Of a stretch of 64,000 bases of DNA, positions 1 through 9,389 are shown piece after piece. Every line of letters begins with the position of its first letter. The first letter of the stretch is position 1. The notes below the pieces were generated by a model. That model ran no database searches. It saw nothing but the letters and a program-made list of their open reading frames with translations, and was not told the DNA's origin. Made by a program: the position numbers and the translations under genes. The DNA is from Patescibacteria group bacterium. Its GTDB lineage: Bacteria; Patescibacteriota; WWE3; UBA101185; UBA10185. The stretch is from the NCBI GenBank assembly GCA_049322215.1, contig JBMORU010000001.1:516023-580022 (forward strand), in the 5' to 3' direction.

Positions 1-435
1 GAGTATCGTCCTGAAATTGAGGTCAAAGTAGAAGATAATAGTGTTGTTTGTTTAGAAAAAATAAAAACGAAAGATTCTTATGCATACTGGGGCTTAACTA
101 GAGCGCTTATTAACAATATGATTATTGGCGTAACCGAGGGCTTTACAAGAGAATTAGAATTAATTGGTGTGGGATACAGAGCAAAACCTATAAATGGAGG
201 TATTGAACTTTCTGTAGGCTATTCGCACCCAGTTGAGTACATTGCTCCTGAGGGTATAAAAATTGAAGTTGAAGATCAGAAAAAGTTAAAGGTGACTGGG
301 ATTGACAAACAGTTGGTTGGTTTAACAGCTTCTAAAATAAGAGAAATAAGAAAACCAGAGCCTTATAAAGGCAAAGGAATAAAATATATAGAAGAAGTAA
401 TTTTAAGAAAGCCGGGTAAAGCTGGTAAGGTATAA
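1..435 (+). CDS. rplF: 50S ribosomal protein L6 (5'-truncated by window edge)
   Basis: The in-frame translation from position 1 reads ...EYRPEIEVKVEDN...NMIIGVTEGFTRELELIGVGYRA..., matching the L6 C-terminal domain. It sits upstream of rplR-rpsE-rplO as in the conserved spc operon. Confidence 0.85.
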   Translation, partial: EYRPEIEVKVEDNSVVCLEKIKTKDSYAYWGLTRALINNMIIGVTEGFTRELELIGVGYRAKPINGGIELSVGYSHPVEYIAPEGIKIEVEDQKKLKVTGIDKQLVGLTASKIREIRKPEPYKGKGIKYIEEVILRKPGKAGKV

Positions 436-438
436 ACT

Positions 439-795
439 ATGTATCATGTAAAACGAAGATCAGTAAAACAAAAAAGGCAGCTAAGATCAATCAAAAATAT
501 TTTTGGTACTGCAGAGCGTCCAAGATTAACTGTTTTTAGATCAAACAAATATACTTATGCACAAATTATTGATGATGAAAAAAGAGTGTCTTTAGTTACT
601 GTATTTGATGAGGCTGCTAAGCTACATGAAAACAAAACAAAATCTGAGGCTGCTAAAGAAGTAGGAAAACTACTAGCAAAACGTGCAAAAGAGAAAAACA
701 TTGATAAAGTAGTATTTGATAGAAAAGGTTATAAGTATCATGGTAGAGTTAAAAGCTTGGCTGAAGGTGCCCGCGAGGGTGGATTGGATTTTTAA
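439..795 (+). CDS. rplR: 50S ribosomal protein L18
   Basis: It is 118 aa, basic, with ...[19 protein letters not shown]... and a [18 protein letters not shown]-terminus typical of L18. Operon position also fits. Confidence 0.9.
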   Translation: MYHVKRRSVKQKRQLRSIKNIFGTAERPRLTVFRSNKYTYAQIIDDEKRVSLVTVFDEAAKLHENKTKSEAAKEVGKLLAKRAKEKNIDKVVFDRKGYKYHGRVKSLAEGAREGGLDF

Positions 796-797
796 AA

Positions 798-1283
798 ATG
801 ACTGATGTATATAAACCACATGCAGAAGAATATAAAGAAAGAGTAATTCAAATTAAACGTGTATCTAAAAAAACAAAAGGTGGTAACAAAATAGGATTTA
901 CTGCACTTGTTTTAGTAGGAAATGGTGCTGGAAAAATAGGCGTAGCCTTAGGTAAAGCCCCTGATGTTTCATCTGCTATTCAAAAAGGTATTTCTAAAGC
1001 TAAAGTAGATATGACAGAGGTAAACCTATATGGAGAAACAATTCCGCATGAAATTACTCATAAGCATAAATCTGCAATGATTAAGCTAAGACCTGCTCCC
1101 GAGGGTAGTGGTATTATCGCAGGAGGTGCCGTTAGACATGTTATTGAACTTGTAGGTATTTCAAACGTTTCTGCCAAAGTTTTAGGTTCTACAAATAAAA
1201 TTAATAATGTACGTTGTACAATAGAGGCTTTATCAAAAATGAAGCACCCTATGGAAAAGAAAAATAAAAATTCTGAAAAATAA
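798..1283 (+). CDS. rpsE: 30S ribosomal protein S5
   Basis: It carries the S5 dsRBD and C-terminal motifs (VIQIKRVSKKTKGG...FTALVLVGNGAGKIGVALGKA). Operon position fits. Confidence 0.9.
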   Translation: MTDVYKPHAEEYKERVIQIKRVSKKTKGGNKIGFTALVLVGNGAGKIGVALGKAPDVSSAIQKGISKAKVDMTEVNLYGETIPHEITHKHKSAMIKLRPAPEGSGIIAGGAVRHVIELVGISNVSAKVLGSTNKINNVRCTIEALSKMKHPMEKKNKNSEK

Positions 1284-1285
1284 CT

Positions 1286-1744
1286 ATGGATTTAAGTAAA
1301 ATAAAAAAAATTAAAGGAAACAAAACGAAATCACTAAGAGTAGGTCGTGGTACTTCTAGTGGAAAAGGTGGTCATACTGTAGGTAAAGGTATGAAAGGTC
1401 AAAAATCTCGTTCTGGATACAATATTCCTGTTGGTTTTGAAGGTGGTCAGGTTCCTTTATATAAAAAGTTACCTACAATTGGTGGCTTTAAAAACCCTAA
1501 TTCTAAAGATATAAAAACTATAGACATTACAAAGTTAAACTTATTTGAAAATGGGACAGAAGTTACTCCTGCGTCTTTAGTGCAGAAAGGTATTATTAAC
1601 AAAATTCCCGGTTACTGTGTAAAGGTACTAGCTAAGGGTGAGGGTGTTTTAGGAAAGAAGTTAACACTAAAAGGTTTTACTGCCTCAAAAAAGGCTGCAG
1701 AACTTATAGAAAAGTCTGGAAGCACACTTTTGCCTTTAAAATGA
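1286..1744 (+). CDS. rplO: 50S ribosomal protein L15
   Basis: It has an L15 glycine-rich N-terminus (RVGRGTSSGKGGHTVGKGMKGQKSRSG) and ends with a UGA stop. Confidence 0.9.
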   Translation: MDLSKIKKIKGNKTKSLRVGRGTSSGKGGHTVGKGMKGQKSRSGYNIPVGFEGGQVPLYKKLPTIGGFKNPNSKDIKTIDITKLNLFENGTEVTPASLVQKGIINKIPGYCVKVLAKGEGVLGKKLTLKGFTASKKAAELIEKSGSTLLPLK

Positions 1745-1874
1745 AGACTACACGTACTAAAGTACTCGTATCTTCCTTCTTGGTGAGAGAAAGCTTTAGG
1801 GTCTTCTCGCTTAAGAAATAAAATCGGAGTATATTCCCATTTTATACTAAGTTTGTAACTGTATAATTAAAGTC

Positions 1875-3140
1875 ATGTTGAATAAGATATTCAGAATACC
1901 TGAATTGCGAAACAGAATACTTTTTACACTATTTATTATTTTAGTGTTTCGTTTTTTGGCTCATATTCCAGTTCCTGGAGTGGATATTGAGGCAGTTAGA
2001 AGCTATTTATCGGGTAGTCAAATATTCGGTCTTTTTGATTTATTTAGTGGTGGCGGATTTCAAAATTTTTCCATTGTAACTTTGGGTGTTGGTCCTTATA
2101 TTAATGCTTCCATAGCATTCCAACTGTTAACTTTAATGATTCCCCAGCTTGAAGAGCTATCAAAAGAGGGAGAATATGGACGTGAAAAAATTTCACAATA
2201 TACACGCATGGCAACTGTTCCTTTAGCCTTGCTGCAATCTTATGGTGTTTATTTTTTACTCCGTTCCCAAAATGTTATATCTTCGCTAGCTTCTTTTGAT
2301 TTAATTGTGCTTATTTTAACTTTAACTAGCGGTACTTTATTTCTTATGTGGATAGGGGAACAAGTCACAGAATACGGAATTGGTAACGGAATTTCTTTAT
2401 TAATTTTTGTTGGTATTATCACAAGACTTCCAAGTTCTGCATTACAATTATTTACAAACTCAAGCGGTGAACAAATATTAACTACTTTAGCATTTTTAGG
2501 CTTTTCTGCTTTAGTTGTGTATGCCATAGTTTTAGTTAACGAGGGCGTGCGCAATATTCCACTAGAGTATGGTAGAAGATCTTTTTCTGGGCCAAGATCT
2601 TCGGGAGGAAATTACTTGCCTATAAAAATTAACCAAGCAGGTGTTATTCCTATTATATTTGCTATTTCCATAGTTTTGATTCCATCTTTTGTTAGCGGCC
2701 CTTTGTTAGCAGCCAATAGTCAGCTTTTGCAAAGCATTGGAGACTTTTTAGCGCGTAATTTTCAGTCAACATCAATGGGGTACAATTTGTTATATTTTGT
2801 TTTGGTTTTTGCATTTACATTTTTTTATACCTTTTTGCAATTTAATCCGGAAAAAGTAGCTGATGATATAAGAAAACGAGGTGGTTTTATTCCTGGAGTG
2901 CGCCCTGGGAAATCTACACACGAATATATAAAAAACGTGGTTTTACGTTTAACTCTAGTAGGGGCTTTATTTTTAGGTATCGTGGCAGTTTTGCCTTTTA
3001 TTGTTCAATCTATAACGGGTTTGCAAACATTTGCTATTGGCGGTACTGGTATATTAATTGTAGTATCTGTAGTTCTTGAAACTGTAAGACAAGTTGAGGC
3101 TTTACTGGTTACAAGAAATTACGAAAGTTTTTTGGAGTAA
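1875..3140 (+). CDS. secY: preprotein translocase subunit SecY
   Basis: It is 421 aa, polytopic, with the SecY signature stretches (GVGPYINASIAFQLL, GEQVTEYGIGNGISL). It follows rplO as in the canonical operon. Confidence 0.9.
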   Translation: MLNKIFRIPELRNRILFTLFIILVFRFLAHIPVPGVDIEAVRSYLSGSQIFGLFDLFSGGGFQNFSIVTLGVGPYINASIAFQLLTLMIPQLEELSKEGEYGREKISQYTRMATVPLALLQSYGVYFLLRSQNVISSLASFDLIVLILTLTSGTLFLMWIGEQVTEYGIGNGISLLIFVGIITRLPSSALQLFTNSSGEQILTTLAFLGFSALVVYAIVLVNEGVRNIPLEYGRRSFSGPRSSGGNYLPIKINQAGVIPIIFAISIVLIPSFVSGPLLAANSQLLQSIGDFLARNFQSTSMGYNLLYFVLVFAFTFFYTFLQFNPEKVADDIRKRGGFIPGVRPGKSTHEYIKNVVLRLTLVGALFLGIVAVLPFIVQSITGLQTFAIGGTGILIVVSVVLETVRQVEALLVTRNYESFLE

Positions 3141-3143
3141 AAA

Positions 3144-3410
3144 ATGCTTGATAAATTAAAAGATTTAAATAATTTGAGAAAAATTCAAAGCGAAATGAAA
3201 AAGCAGCTTGAAGAGATTTTTGTTTCAGGGGAAAAGGGTGATTATTCGGTAGTTATAAGAGGTGATAAAAGGATTGAGCGTATAGAAGTTGATGGCGAGG
3301 AAGATAAAGAACTTAAAGACTTACTAAATAAAACAATGAAGGATGTAGATAAGAAAGTTCAGAAAAAGCTAAAGGGTCAGTTGGGTGATTTAGGTCTTCC
3401 AGGTTTTTAA
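3144..3410 (+). CDS. ybaB: YbaB/EbfC-family nucleoid-associated protein
   Basis: It is 88 aa. A Q/K-rich N-terminus (MKKQLEEI), a central V..G.KGDYSVVIRGD segment and a C-terminal DKELKDLL...LGDLGLPGF match the YbaB/EbfC architecture. Confidence 0.6.
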   Translation: MLDKLKDLNNLRKIQSEMKKQLEEIFVSGEKGDYSVVIRGDKRIERIEVDGEEDKELKDLLNKTMKDVDKKVQKKLKGQLGDLGLPGF

Positions 3411-3411
3411 A

Positions 3412-4032
3412 ATGAAAGTATTATTAATTGGTCCACAAGGATCTGGAAAAGGAACCATTGGAAAACTGCTAAGTGAGAAGACAGGTTTGCCTCACATAAG
3501 CGTTGGTGCTCTTCTTCGAGAAGCTGCTGAAACTAACAAACAAATTCGGGATACTTTAAATAATGGCGACTTAGTTTCTTATGAGACTACTGCCGGACTT
3601 ATAAAATCTCACATTGAAAAAAACAATTTAGGAAGCAATTATATACTCGATGGTTGGGTTCGTAACTTAGGACAGTTAGAGGTTTTTAATCCAAATTTTG
3701 ACAAAGTTATTTATTTAACTTTATCTGAAAATGACTCTGTACGCAGACTGAGTGGTAGACGTATCTGTTCTAGCTGTGGTTGGATGTGCAATATTTACAC
3801 TATGCCACCAAAATCTGAAGGTTCTTGTGATTTATGTGGTAGTAAACTATTACAGCGTGAAGATGATACTGAGGAAGCAGTTAAACACAGGTTAGAAATT
3901 TTTTATACTGATACTATGCAGGTGGTAGATAGATTTAGAGATGAAGGTATTTTGGTAGAGGTTGATGCAAGTCCCCTTCCAAAGGAAGTAATGGAAAATT
4001 TGTTAAATGAGGTAGTTTTGAATGAAAATTAA
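3412..4032 (+). CDS. adk: adenylate kinase (Zn-finger lid type)
   Basis: It has the P-loop GPQGSGKGT and a Cys4 lid (CSSCG...CDLCGSKL). Confidence 0.9.
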   Translation: MKVLLIGPQGSGKGTIGKLLSEKTGLPHISVGALLREAAETNKQIRDTLNNGDLVSYETTAGLIKSHIEKNNLGSNYILDGWVRNLGQLEVFNPNFDKVIYLTLSENDSVRRLSGRRICSSCGWMCNIYTMPPKSEGSCDLCGSKLLQREDDTEEAVKHRLEIFYTDTMQVVDRFRDEGILVEVDASPLPKEVMENLLNEVVLNEN

Positions 4033-4765
4033 GCTCAAAAACAGTGACGAGTTAGATTTAATGCGGGACGGTGGAAAAATAACTGCGGCAGCACTAAGAG
4101 CTGCGCTATCTGCAGTAAAGACAGGTATTACTACTATTGAACTAGATAAAATTGCAGAACAACAAATACTTGATTTAGGAGGACAGCCTTCATTTAAAAC
4201 TGTAGTAGGTTATGATTTTTCAACGTGTATTAACGTAAACGAGGGTCTAGTTCATGGATTACCAAATGATTACGTTTTAAAAAAGGGTGATATAGTTAGT
4301 ATTGATTTAGGTACTTTGTATAAAGGGTTTCATACTGATTTGTCATACACAGTTGAGGTTGATGGTTTGACTGAATCTAAGTTTTTAACAATAGGTGAAG
4401 ATGCCTTAAATGCAGGTATCAAAAATTCTGTAGCAGGAAAACATATTGGTGATATAGGTTTTGCTATGCAAAAAGTTATAGAATCAGAGGGTTGGTCAGT
4501 TTCACGTGACTTGGTAGGCCATGGTATTGGCAAAGACCTGCATGAGGATCCTTACGTTCCTGGATATGGAAAGCCTGGAGTAGGACCTGAATTAAAAGTT
4601 GGTATGGTTTTGGCAATTGAAATAATTTATCAAAAGGGAAGACCAAAAATAAAGGTTGCAGACGACGATTGGACTATTGTTACAGAAGATGGTAGTCTAG
4701 CGGGGCTATTTGAACATACAGTGGCTATAACAAAAGATGGACCCGAAGTATTAACGAGCTTGTAG
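4022..4765 (+). CDS. map: methionine aminopeptidase type I
   Basis: It has the pita-bread metal ligand context (DIVSIDLG, HTD, VGHGIG, HE..P) and follows adk as in the conserved cluster. Confidence 0.85.
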   Translation: MKIKLKNSDELDLMRDGGKITAAALRAALSAVKTGITTIELDKIAEQQILDLGGQPSFKTVVGYDFSTCINVNEGLVHGLPNDYVLKKGDIVSIDLGTLYKGFHTDLSYTVEVDGLTESKFLTIGEDALNAGIKNSVAGKHIGDIGFAMQKVIESEGWSVSRDLVGHGIGKDLHEDPYVPGYGKPGVGPELKVGMVLAIEIIYQKGRPKIKVADDDWTIVTEDGSLAGLFEHTVAITKDGPEVLTSL

Positions 4766-4867
4766 TGTAGCTGTTTGTTGCATTAGCTGACTTATTTTGA
4801 TACAATCGCACCCGGGTATTAAGCCGTAGTTAAAACATATAATAAATTTAAAATGTTTTTACATTAT

Positions 4868-4886
4868 CCGCCAAATGGCGGTTTGA
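4868..4886 (+). terminator. Hairpin ccgcc-aaat-ggcgg followed by a T-rich tract downstream of map
   Basis: A perfect 5-6 bp GC stem at 4868-4881 is followed by tttgaattt. It is a weak intrinsic-terminator candidate. Confidence 0.3.
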
Positions 4887-4931
4887 ATTTCAAGTTTAAC
4901 TAAGCTTTGATATCTAGTACTATATCAATTA

Positions 4932-5171
4932 ATGAGTAACAAAAATGTTGTAACTAAAGATGGTTTGATAACAGAAACCCTTATGGGTGGGATGTTTAAG
5001 ATTGAACTAGAAGATGGCGAATTTGCTATTGCTAGTCTATCAGGCAAAATGCGCAAGTTTAGAATACGTATACTAGCCGGAGATAGAGTAAAAATAGAGT
5101 TCTCGCCACATGACTTAACAAGAGGTAGAATTACCTACCGATATAGAGATAAAGAAAAGTCTATTGATTGA
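4932..5171 (+). CDS. infA: translation initiation factor IF-1
   Basis: It is 79 aa with the S1-like OB fold sequence (GMFKIELEDGEFAIASLSGKMRKFRIRILAGDRVKIEFSPHDLTRGRITYR). Confidence 0.9.
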   Translation: MSNKNVVTKDGLITETLMGGMFKIELEDGEFAIASLSGKMRKFRIRILAGDRVKIEFSPHDLTRGRITYRYRDKEKSID

Positions 5172-5245
5172 AGTGCTTTTGTAAGTTATTCACTAGCTTT
5201 TTTAAATGATTAGTGTTAACTTGCGTTAGTTAAAAGAAAGTTTTT

Positions 5246-5362
5246 ATGAAAGTAAGGGCATCAGTAAAAAAAATTTGTAGAGATTGCAAAATAGTACGCA
5301 GAAAAGGTGTTGTTTTAGTTATTTGTGGACGCAATCCTAAGCATAAGCAAAGACAAGGTTAA
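5246..5362 (+). CDS. rpmJ: 50S ribosomal protein L36
   Basis: This 38-aa ORF is absent from the supplied ORF track. It reads [38 protein letters not shown], the L36 zinc ribbon. It lies between infA and rpsM as expected. Confidence 0.85.
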   Translation: MKVRASVKKICRDCKIVRRKGVVLVICGRNPKHKQRQG

Positions 5363-5364
5363 TT

Positions 5365-5751
5365 ATGGCAAGAATTGCTGGTATAGATATACCTGAAAAT
5401 AAAAGAATAATTATAGCTTTAACCTACGTTAAAGGAATAGGTAAAACTAAGTCTAAAGAAATATTAGATGCCTGTGGCATTAATGAAAGCATTCGCGCGA
5501 AAGATTTATCAGACGCAGATGCAGCAAAAATAACTAAAAAAATTTCTGAGTTGGAAATTCCTGTAGAGGGTGAACTAAGAAGAATTATTAGTCAAAATAT
5601 TAGACGTTTAAAAGACATTAAAAGTTACCGTGGTTTAAGACATATGAAGGGTTTACCTGCCAGAGGTCAAAGAACCAGAAGTAACGCTAGAACAAGAAAA
5701 GGTAAAAAGAAGACAGTAGGGGGCATGAAGAAAAAGTTAACCAAGAAGTAA
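5365..5751 (+). CDS. rpsM: 30S ribosomal protein S13
   Basis: It begins [26 protein letters not shown] and has a basic C-terminal tail. Confidence 0.9.
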   Translation: MARIAGIDIPENKRIIIALTYVKGIGKTKSKEILDACGINESIRAKDLSDADAAKITKKISELEIPVEGELRRIISQNIRRLKDIKSYRGLRHMKGLPARGQRTRSNARTRKGKKKTVGGMKKKLTKK

Positions 5752-5774
5752 TTTATATTTAAATTGAGTAATTT

Positions 5775-6167
5775 ATGGCAAAAAAGGTAAAAAAATCAAA
5801 AAAAAGAAGTACTAAGCAAATACCTTCCACAGGTAGAGTTTATATAACTGCTGGGTTTAATAATACTATTATTACTATTACTGATGCAGAGGGTAATGCT
5901 TTATTTTCGGGAAGTTCCGGACAAGCTGGATTTAAGGGTTCAAGAAAATCAACCCCATATGCAGCTACAAAAGCTGCAGAATCGGTAGCTGGGCAAGCCG
6001 CAGATGCCGGATTAAAAGAAGTATCTGTTTTTGTTAAAGGTCCTGGTGCGGGGCGTGTAACATCTATAAAGGCACTTAAAAGCTCAGGTTTGCGTGTAAC
6101 CGCAATTTCTGATGTAACACCAATACCACATAATGGTTGTAGACCTAAGAAACGAAGGAGGGTTTAA
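5775..6167 (+). CDS. rpsK: 30S ribosomal protein S11
   Basis: It contains S11 core motifs ([22 protein letters not shown]). Confidence 0.9.
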   Translation: MAKKVKKSKKRSTKQIPSTGRVYITAGFNNTIITITDAEGNALFSGSSGQAGFKGSRKSTPYAATKAAESVAGQAADAGLKEVSVFVKGPGAGRVTSIKALKSSGLRVTAISDVTPIPHNGCRPKKRRRV

Positions 6168-6170
6168 TTT

Positions 6171-6773
6171 ATGGCACGATATACCGGTCCAAAATGCAGA
6201 TTATGTAGAAGAGAAGGTCAAAAGCTATACTTAAAGGGTTCACGTTGTGAAAGTGAAAAATGTGCTATAACTCGTAGAGGTCAAGCTCCTGGGCAACATG
6301 GAACATCAAGACGAAGAATGTCTCAGTACGGCCTTCAATTTAGAGAAAAACAAAAAGCCAAAAGAACTTATGGCATTTTAGAAAAACAGTTTAGAGGTTA
6401 TGTAGATCAAGCTTTGAAATCTAGAGGTGTTACAGGTACAAGATTAGTTCAACAATTAGAGTCTAGATTTGATAATATGGTTTATAGAAGTGGTTTTGCA
6501 GTGTCTCGTGCTCAGGCAAGACAATTCATTAGGTCTGGATTTTTTACTGTTAATGGTAAGGTTGTAACAATACCATCAATGCAGTTAAAAGTTGGAGACA
6601 TTATAAAGCCTGTTGACTTCGGAAGAATTCAATTAAGAGAAGGATTTATACTCCCTGAATGGCTTCAAGCCAACGTGAAGGAAAAGTTTGTAAAATTCGA
6701 AAGAATGCCTGAACTTGAGGACTTAAGTGGGGACATTAATGTTCAACTTATCGTTGAGTTCTATTCCAGGTAA
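6171..6773 (+). CDS. rpsD: 30S ribosomal protein S4
   Basis: It begins MARYTGPKCRLCRREG, a zinc-finger-type S4 N-terminus, and has an S4 domain. Confidence 0.9.
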   Translation: MARYTGPKCRLCRREGQKLYLKGSRCESEKCAITRRGQAPGQHGTSRRRMSQYGLQFREKQKAKRTYGILEKQFRGYVDQALKSRGVTGTRLVQQLESRFDNMVYRSGFAVSRAQARQFIRSGFFTVNGKVVTIPSMQLKVGDIIKPVDFGRIQLREGFILPEWLQANVKEKFVKFERMPELEDLSGDINVQLIVEFYSR

Positions 6774-6793
6774 TTTCATTTAAAGGAGGCATT

Positions 6794-7720
6794 GTGCTTT
6801 TAAGTACTGCTGATGTAAAAATAAAAAAAGAATCGGAAAAAGGTAATGTTGGAGTATTTTCTTTTGACCCATTACCAACAGGTTTTGGTCACACACTAGG
6901 AAATTCTCTAAGAAGAGTTTTGTTGACTTCTTTAGAAGGTTCGGCAATAACTCAAATTAAGTATGAAAAAGCTCTACACCAATTTACGGGTATAGAGGGA
7001 ATAAAAGAAGATTTAGTGGAAATAAATTTAAACCTTAAAGGTTTGCACTTCAAAATGCATACCGATAATCCTGTTGTAGGAAGAATTAGTGTTACCGGGC
7101 CTGGTGAAGTAACTGCTGGTGATATTGAAATTTCTTCTGAAGTTGAAGTGTTAGATAAAAAAGCACATATCGCTACTTTAGCCGATAAAAAAGCAAAATT
7201 TGAAGCTGAAATTATAGTAGAAAAAGGCGTTGGATACTTAACTGCAGAAGGTAGAGAAAGCTCAAAGTTAGGTGTAATACTTCTTGACGCTGTTTTTTCA
7301 CCTGTTTTAAGTGCTACCTACGAGGTTGTACCAACTAGATTTGGAAGTGTAACCGGTTTAGATAAATTATTATTTACAGTCGAAACTGATGGAAGTTTGA
7401 GCCCTGAAGAAGCTGTAACACAAGCCGCAACTCAATTAAGAAACTTTTTTAGCAGATTCTCCGATGGAGAAGATGAGGAAATAGTGGAAGAAGAAGTAGT
7501 AGAAACTACAGATGCACTACCAACTGCTAATGAAGATGTTTCTTTAGATGAGCTTCCATTACCAACAAGAACAATAAATGCTCTTAAGAAGCAGGATATA
7601 GAAACACTACATCAATTAAGTGAATTATCTGATGATGATTTGAGTGACATTAAAAACTTAGGTGACAAATCGATTACAGAAATTAAGAAACTACTTAAGA
7701 AAGAAGGTTTAAGACAATGA
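6794..7720 (+). CDS. rpoA: DNA-directed RNA polymerase alpha subunit
   Basis: It has the alpha NTD motifs (PLPTGFGHTLGNSLRRVLL), an acidic linker and a CTD. A GTG start follows an aaggagg RBS. Confidence 0.9.
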   Translation: MLLSTADVKIKKESEKGNVGVFSFDPLPTGFGHTLGNSLRRVLLTSLEGSAITQIKYEKALHQFTGIEGIKEDLVEINLNLKGLHFKMHTDNPVVGRISVTGPGEVTAGDIEISSEVEVLDKKAHIATLADKKAKFEAEIIVEKGVGYLTAEGRESSKLGVILLDAVFSPVLSATYEVVPTRFGSVTGLDKLLFTVETDGSLSPEEAVTQAATQLRNFFSRFSDGEDEEIVEEEVVETTDALPTANEDVSLDELPLPTRTINALKKQDIETLHQLSELSDDDLSDIKNLGDKSITEIKKLLKKEGLRQ

Positions 7721-8172
7721 GGCACCGCGTCTTTGGTAGAAGATTAAGCAGAGACATAGATCACAGAAGAGCTTTGCTAAAGAATTTGTCTGCATCGTTA
7801 CTTTTAAACGGTAAAATGGAGACTACCTTAACAAAAGCAAAGTTTGTACAGCCTTATGTAGAAAAACTAATCACTAAGGCTAAAAAAAACAAGAATCAAC
7901 ACGGTGTAAAAATGGCTAAAACAAAACTTCCTACCGAAGAGGCAGTACGTGTACTATTTGAAAAGGTTGTTCCTGACTTTGAGTCACGAAACGGGGGTTA
8001 TACACGTATAGTTAAATTAAATAGGCGCGCAGGCGATAATGCTCCGTTAGCCAGAATAGAACTAATTAAAGATAAAAAGTCTAAAAAAACTGACAAAAAA
8101 GCTGCTGTAGATGAAGAGAAAAAACCAGCTAAAAGTAAAAAAGTTACTGTAAAAAAAGAAGAAAATGAATAA
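7717..8172 (+). CDS. rplQ: 50S ribosomal protein L17 with Lys-rich C-terminal extension
   Basis: It begins MRHRVFGRRLSRDIDHRRALLKNL, the L17 N-terminus. The last roughly 35 aa are a K/E-rich low-complexity tail. Confidence 0.9.
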   Translation: MRHRVFGRRLSRDIDHRRALLKNLSASLLLNGKMETTLTKAKFVQPYVEKLITKAKKNKNQHGVKMAKTKLPTEEAVRVLFEKVVPDFESRNGGYTRIVKLNRRAGDNAPLARIELIKDKKSKKTDKKAAVDEEKKPAKSKKVTVKKEENE

Positions 8173-8596
8173 AACACATTCAGTAAGTAAAAACGATATA
8201 CAACCAAAGTGGCATTTTATAGATGCTCGTGGAAAAATATTAGGTAAGGTAGCATCAGAGGCCGCTGCCATATTGGCAGGTAAAAAAAATGTAACCTATT
8301 CACCTCACTTAGATATGATGGATAAAGTTGTAATTACCAACGCAAGTAAAATTGCTGTGACAGGAAACAAGTTAACCAAGAAAATTTATTACAGACATAC
8401 TGGGTTTCCAGGTGGAATTAAACAAGAAATTCTAGGTGACTTATTAGAAAGAAGACCAACAGAAGTTTTAAGAAAAGCAGTTAAAGGAATGTTACCTTAT
8501 AACAAACTAAGAAAAGCAAGAATTGCTAATTTATATATTTATCCGGGTGCAGAACATCCTCACACGGCTAATCTATCTACTAAAAAGGAAAGTTAA
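8165..8596 (+). CDS. rplM: 50S ribosomal protein L13
   Basis: It has the L13 N-terminal motif (KWHFIDARGKILGKVAS). It overlaps the rplQ stop by 8 nt. Confidence 0.9.
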   Translation: MNKTHSVSKNDIQPKWHFIDARGKILGKVASEAAAILAGKKNVTYSPHLDMMDKVVITNASKIAVTGNKLTKKIYYRHTGFPGGIKQEILGDLLERRPTEVLRKAVKGMLPYNKLRKARIANLYIYPGAEHPHTANLSTKKES

Positions 8597-8598
8597 AA

Positions 8599-9042
8599 AT
8601 GGCAAAAAAGCAAGAAATACAAGAAAAAACAAGTAAATCCCCAAAGAAAGGTTTTATAAGCGGAACTGGAAGAAGAAAAACTGCAGTTGCACGTGTTTTC
8701 CTATATCAAGACAAAGGTGATATAACAATAAATGATATGCCAATTGACGATTACTTTCCTACTGAAAATGAAGCACTAAAATGGAAGAAGCCATTTCACT
8801 TAGTTGGAATATCTCATCCTGAATCAAAATACTGGGCATCTATTAAAGTTCAAGGCTCTGGAAAATCCGCTCAATTAGATGCAGTAGTACATGGTATATC
8901 AAGAGCATTAGCTACTATTAACGAAGAATATCGTAAAATACTAAGTACTCAGGGCTTCTTAACTAGAGATTCTAGAATGGTTGAAAGAAAGAAATACTGG
9001 TTAAGGAAAGCTAGAAAAGCACCTCAATACTCAAAACGTTAA
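8599..9042 (+). CDS. rpsI: 30S ribosomal protein S9
   Basis: It has a ...GTGRRKTAVARV... core and the S9 C-terminal ...YSKR. Confidence 0.9.
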   Translation: MAKKQEIQEKTSKSPKKGFISGTGRRKTAVARVFLYQDKGDITINDMPIDDYFPTENEALKWKKPFHLVGISHPESKYWASIKVQGSGKSAQLDAVVHGISRALATINEEYRKILSTQGFLTRDSRMVERKKYWLRKARKAPQYSKR

Positions 9043-9335
9043 ATACTTTTTGGCGTCTCAAGCTCAGTAACAATATATTGAAGTTCACTCAAAGCAGTGG
9101 TTATTTGCTGAATTTTTTGCCGAAGCTTATTTTCGCTTGATTCAGTTAAACTTAAAAAAGAAACATTGTAAGCTTCAGCAATGCTATTTAACACCTTTAG
9201 TGGGGGAATGCACTTTCCGGTTTCGTAGGCTGAAATAGTTTTTCCTGAAACTCCAATTTTGTTGCCAAATCTTTCTTGCGACAGTTTATACTTATCTCTA
9301 ATTTCTTTAATTTTAAATCCTATATTTTTTTCCAT
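9039..9335 (-). CDS. XRE-family helix-turn-helix transcriptional regulator
   Basis: It is 98 aa with a classic HTH_3 segment (LSQERFGNKIGVSGKTISAYETGK). It converges on rpsI with a 4-nt overlap and diverges from radC. Confidence 0.75.
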   Translation of the reverse strand: MEKNIGFKIKEIRDKYKLSQERFGNKIGVSGKTISAYETGKCIPPLKVLNSIAEAYNVSFLSLTESSENKLRQKIQQITTALSELQYIVTELETPKSI

Positions 9336-9361
9336 AATCCAGCTTAATTAGAAATTAACAC

Positions 9362-9381
9362 ATTGCAATATGCATTGCAAT
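9362..9381. promoter_or_regulatory. Two copies of the 8-bp perfect palindrome ATTGCAAT separated by 4 bp (ATTGCAAT-ATGC-ATTGCAAT) in the divergent XRE/radC intergenic region
   Basis: It is read directly: 9362-9369 and 9374-9381. It is a candidate operator for the adjacent HTH repressor, or -35-like elements of the divergent promoters. Confidence 0.4.
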
Positions 9382-9389
9382 AATTTAAA

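Noticed and set aside
2249-2554. 101-aa minus-strand ORF inside secY
   Set aside because: It is entirely antisense to a confidently identified, conserved gene and has no recognisable features.
4330-4533. 67-aa minus-strand ORF inside map
   Set aside because: It is antisense to methionine aminopeptidase and is a short chance ORF.
7998-8271. Two overlapping 69-aa Phe-rich minus-strand ORFs
   Set aside because: They are the reverse complement of the Lys-rich (AAA/AAG) tail of L17 and the start of L13. This is a low-complexity artefact.
9362-9381. ATTGCAAT repeats as terminal inverted repeats of an insertion sequence
   Set aside because: There is no transposase or integrase gene, no flanking target-site duplication was noticed, and the repeats are adjacent rather than flanking a cargo.
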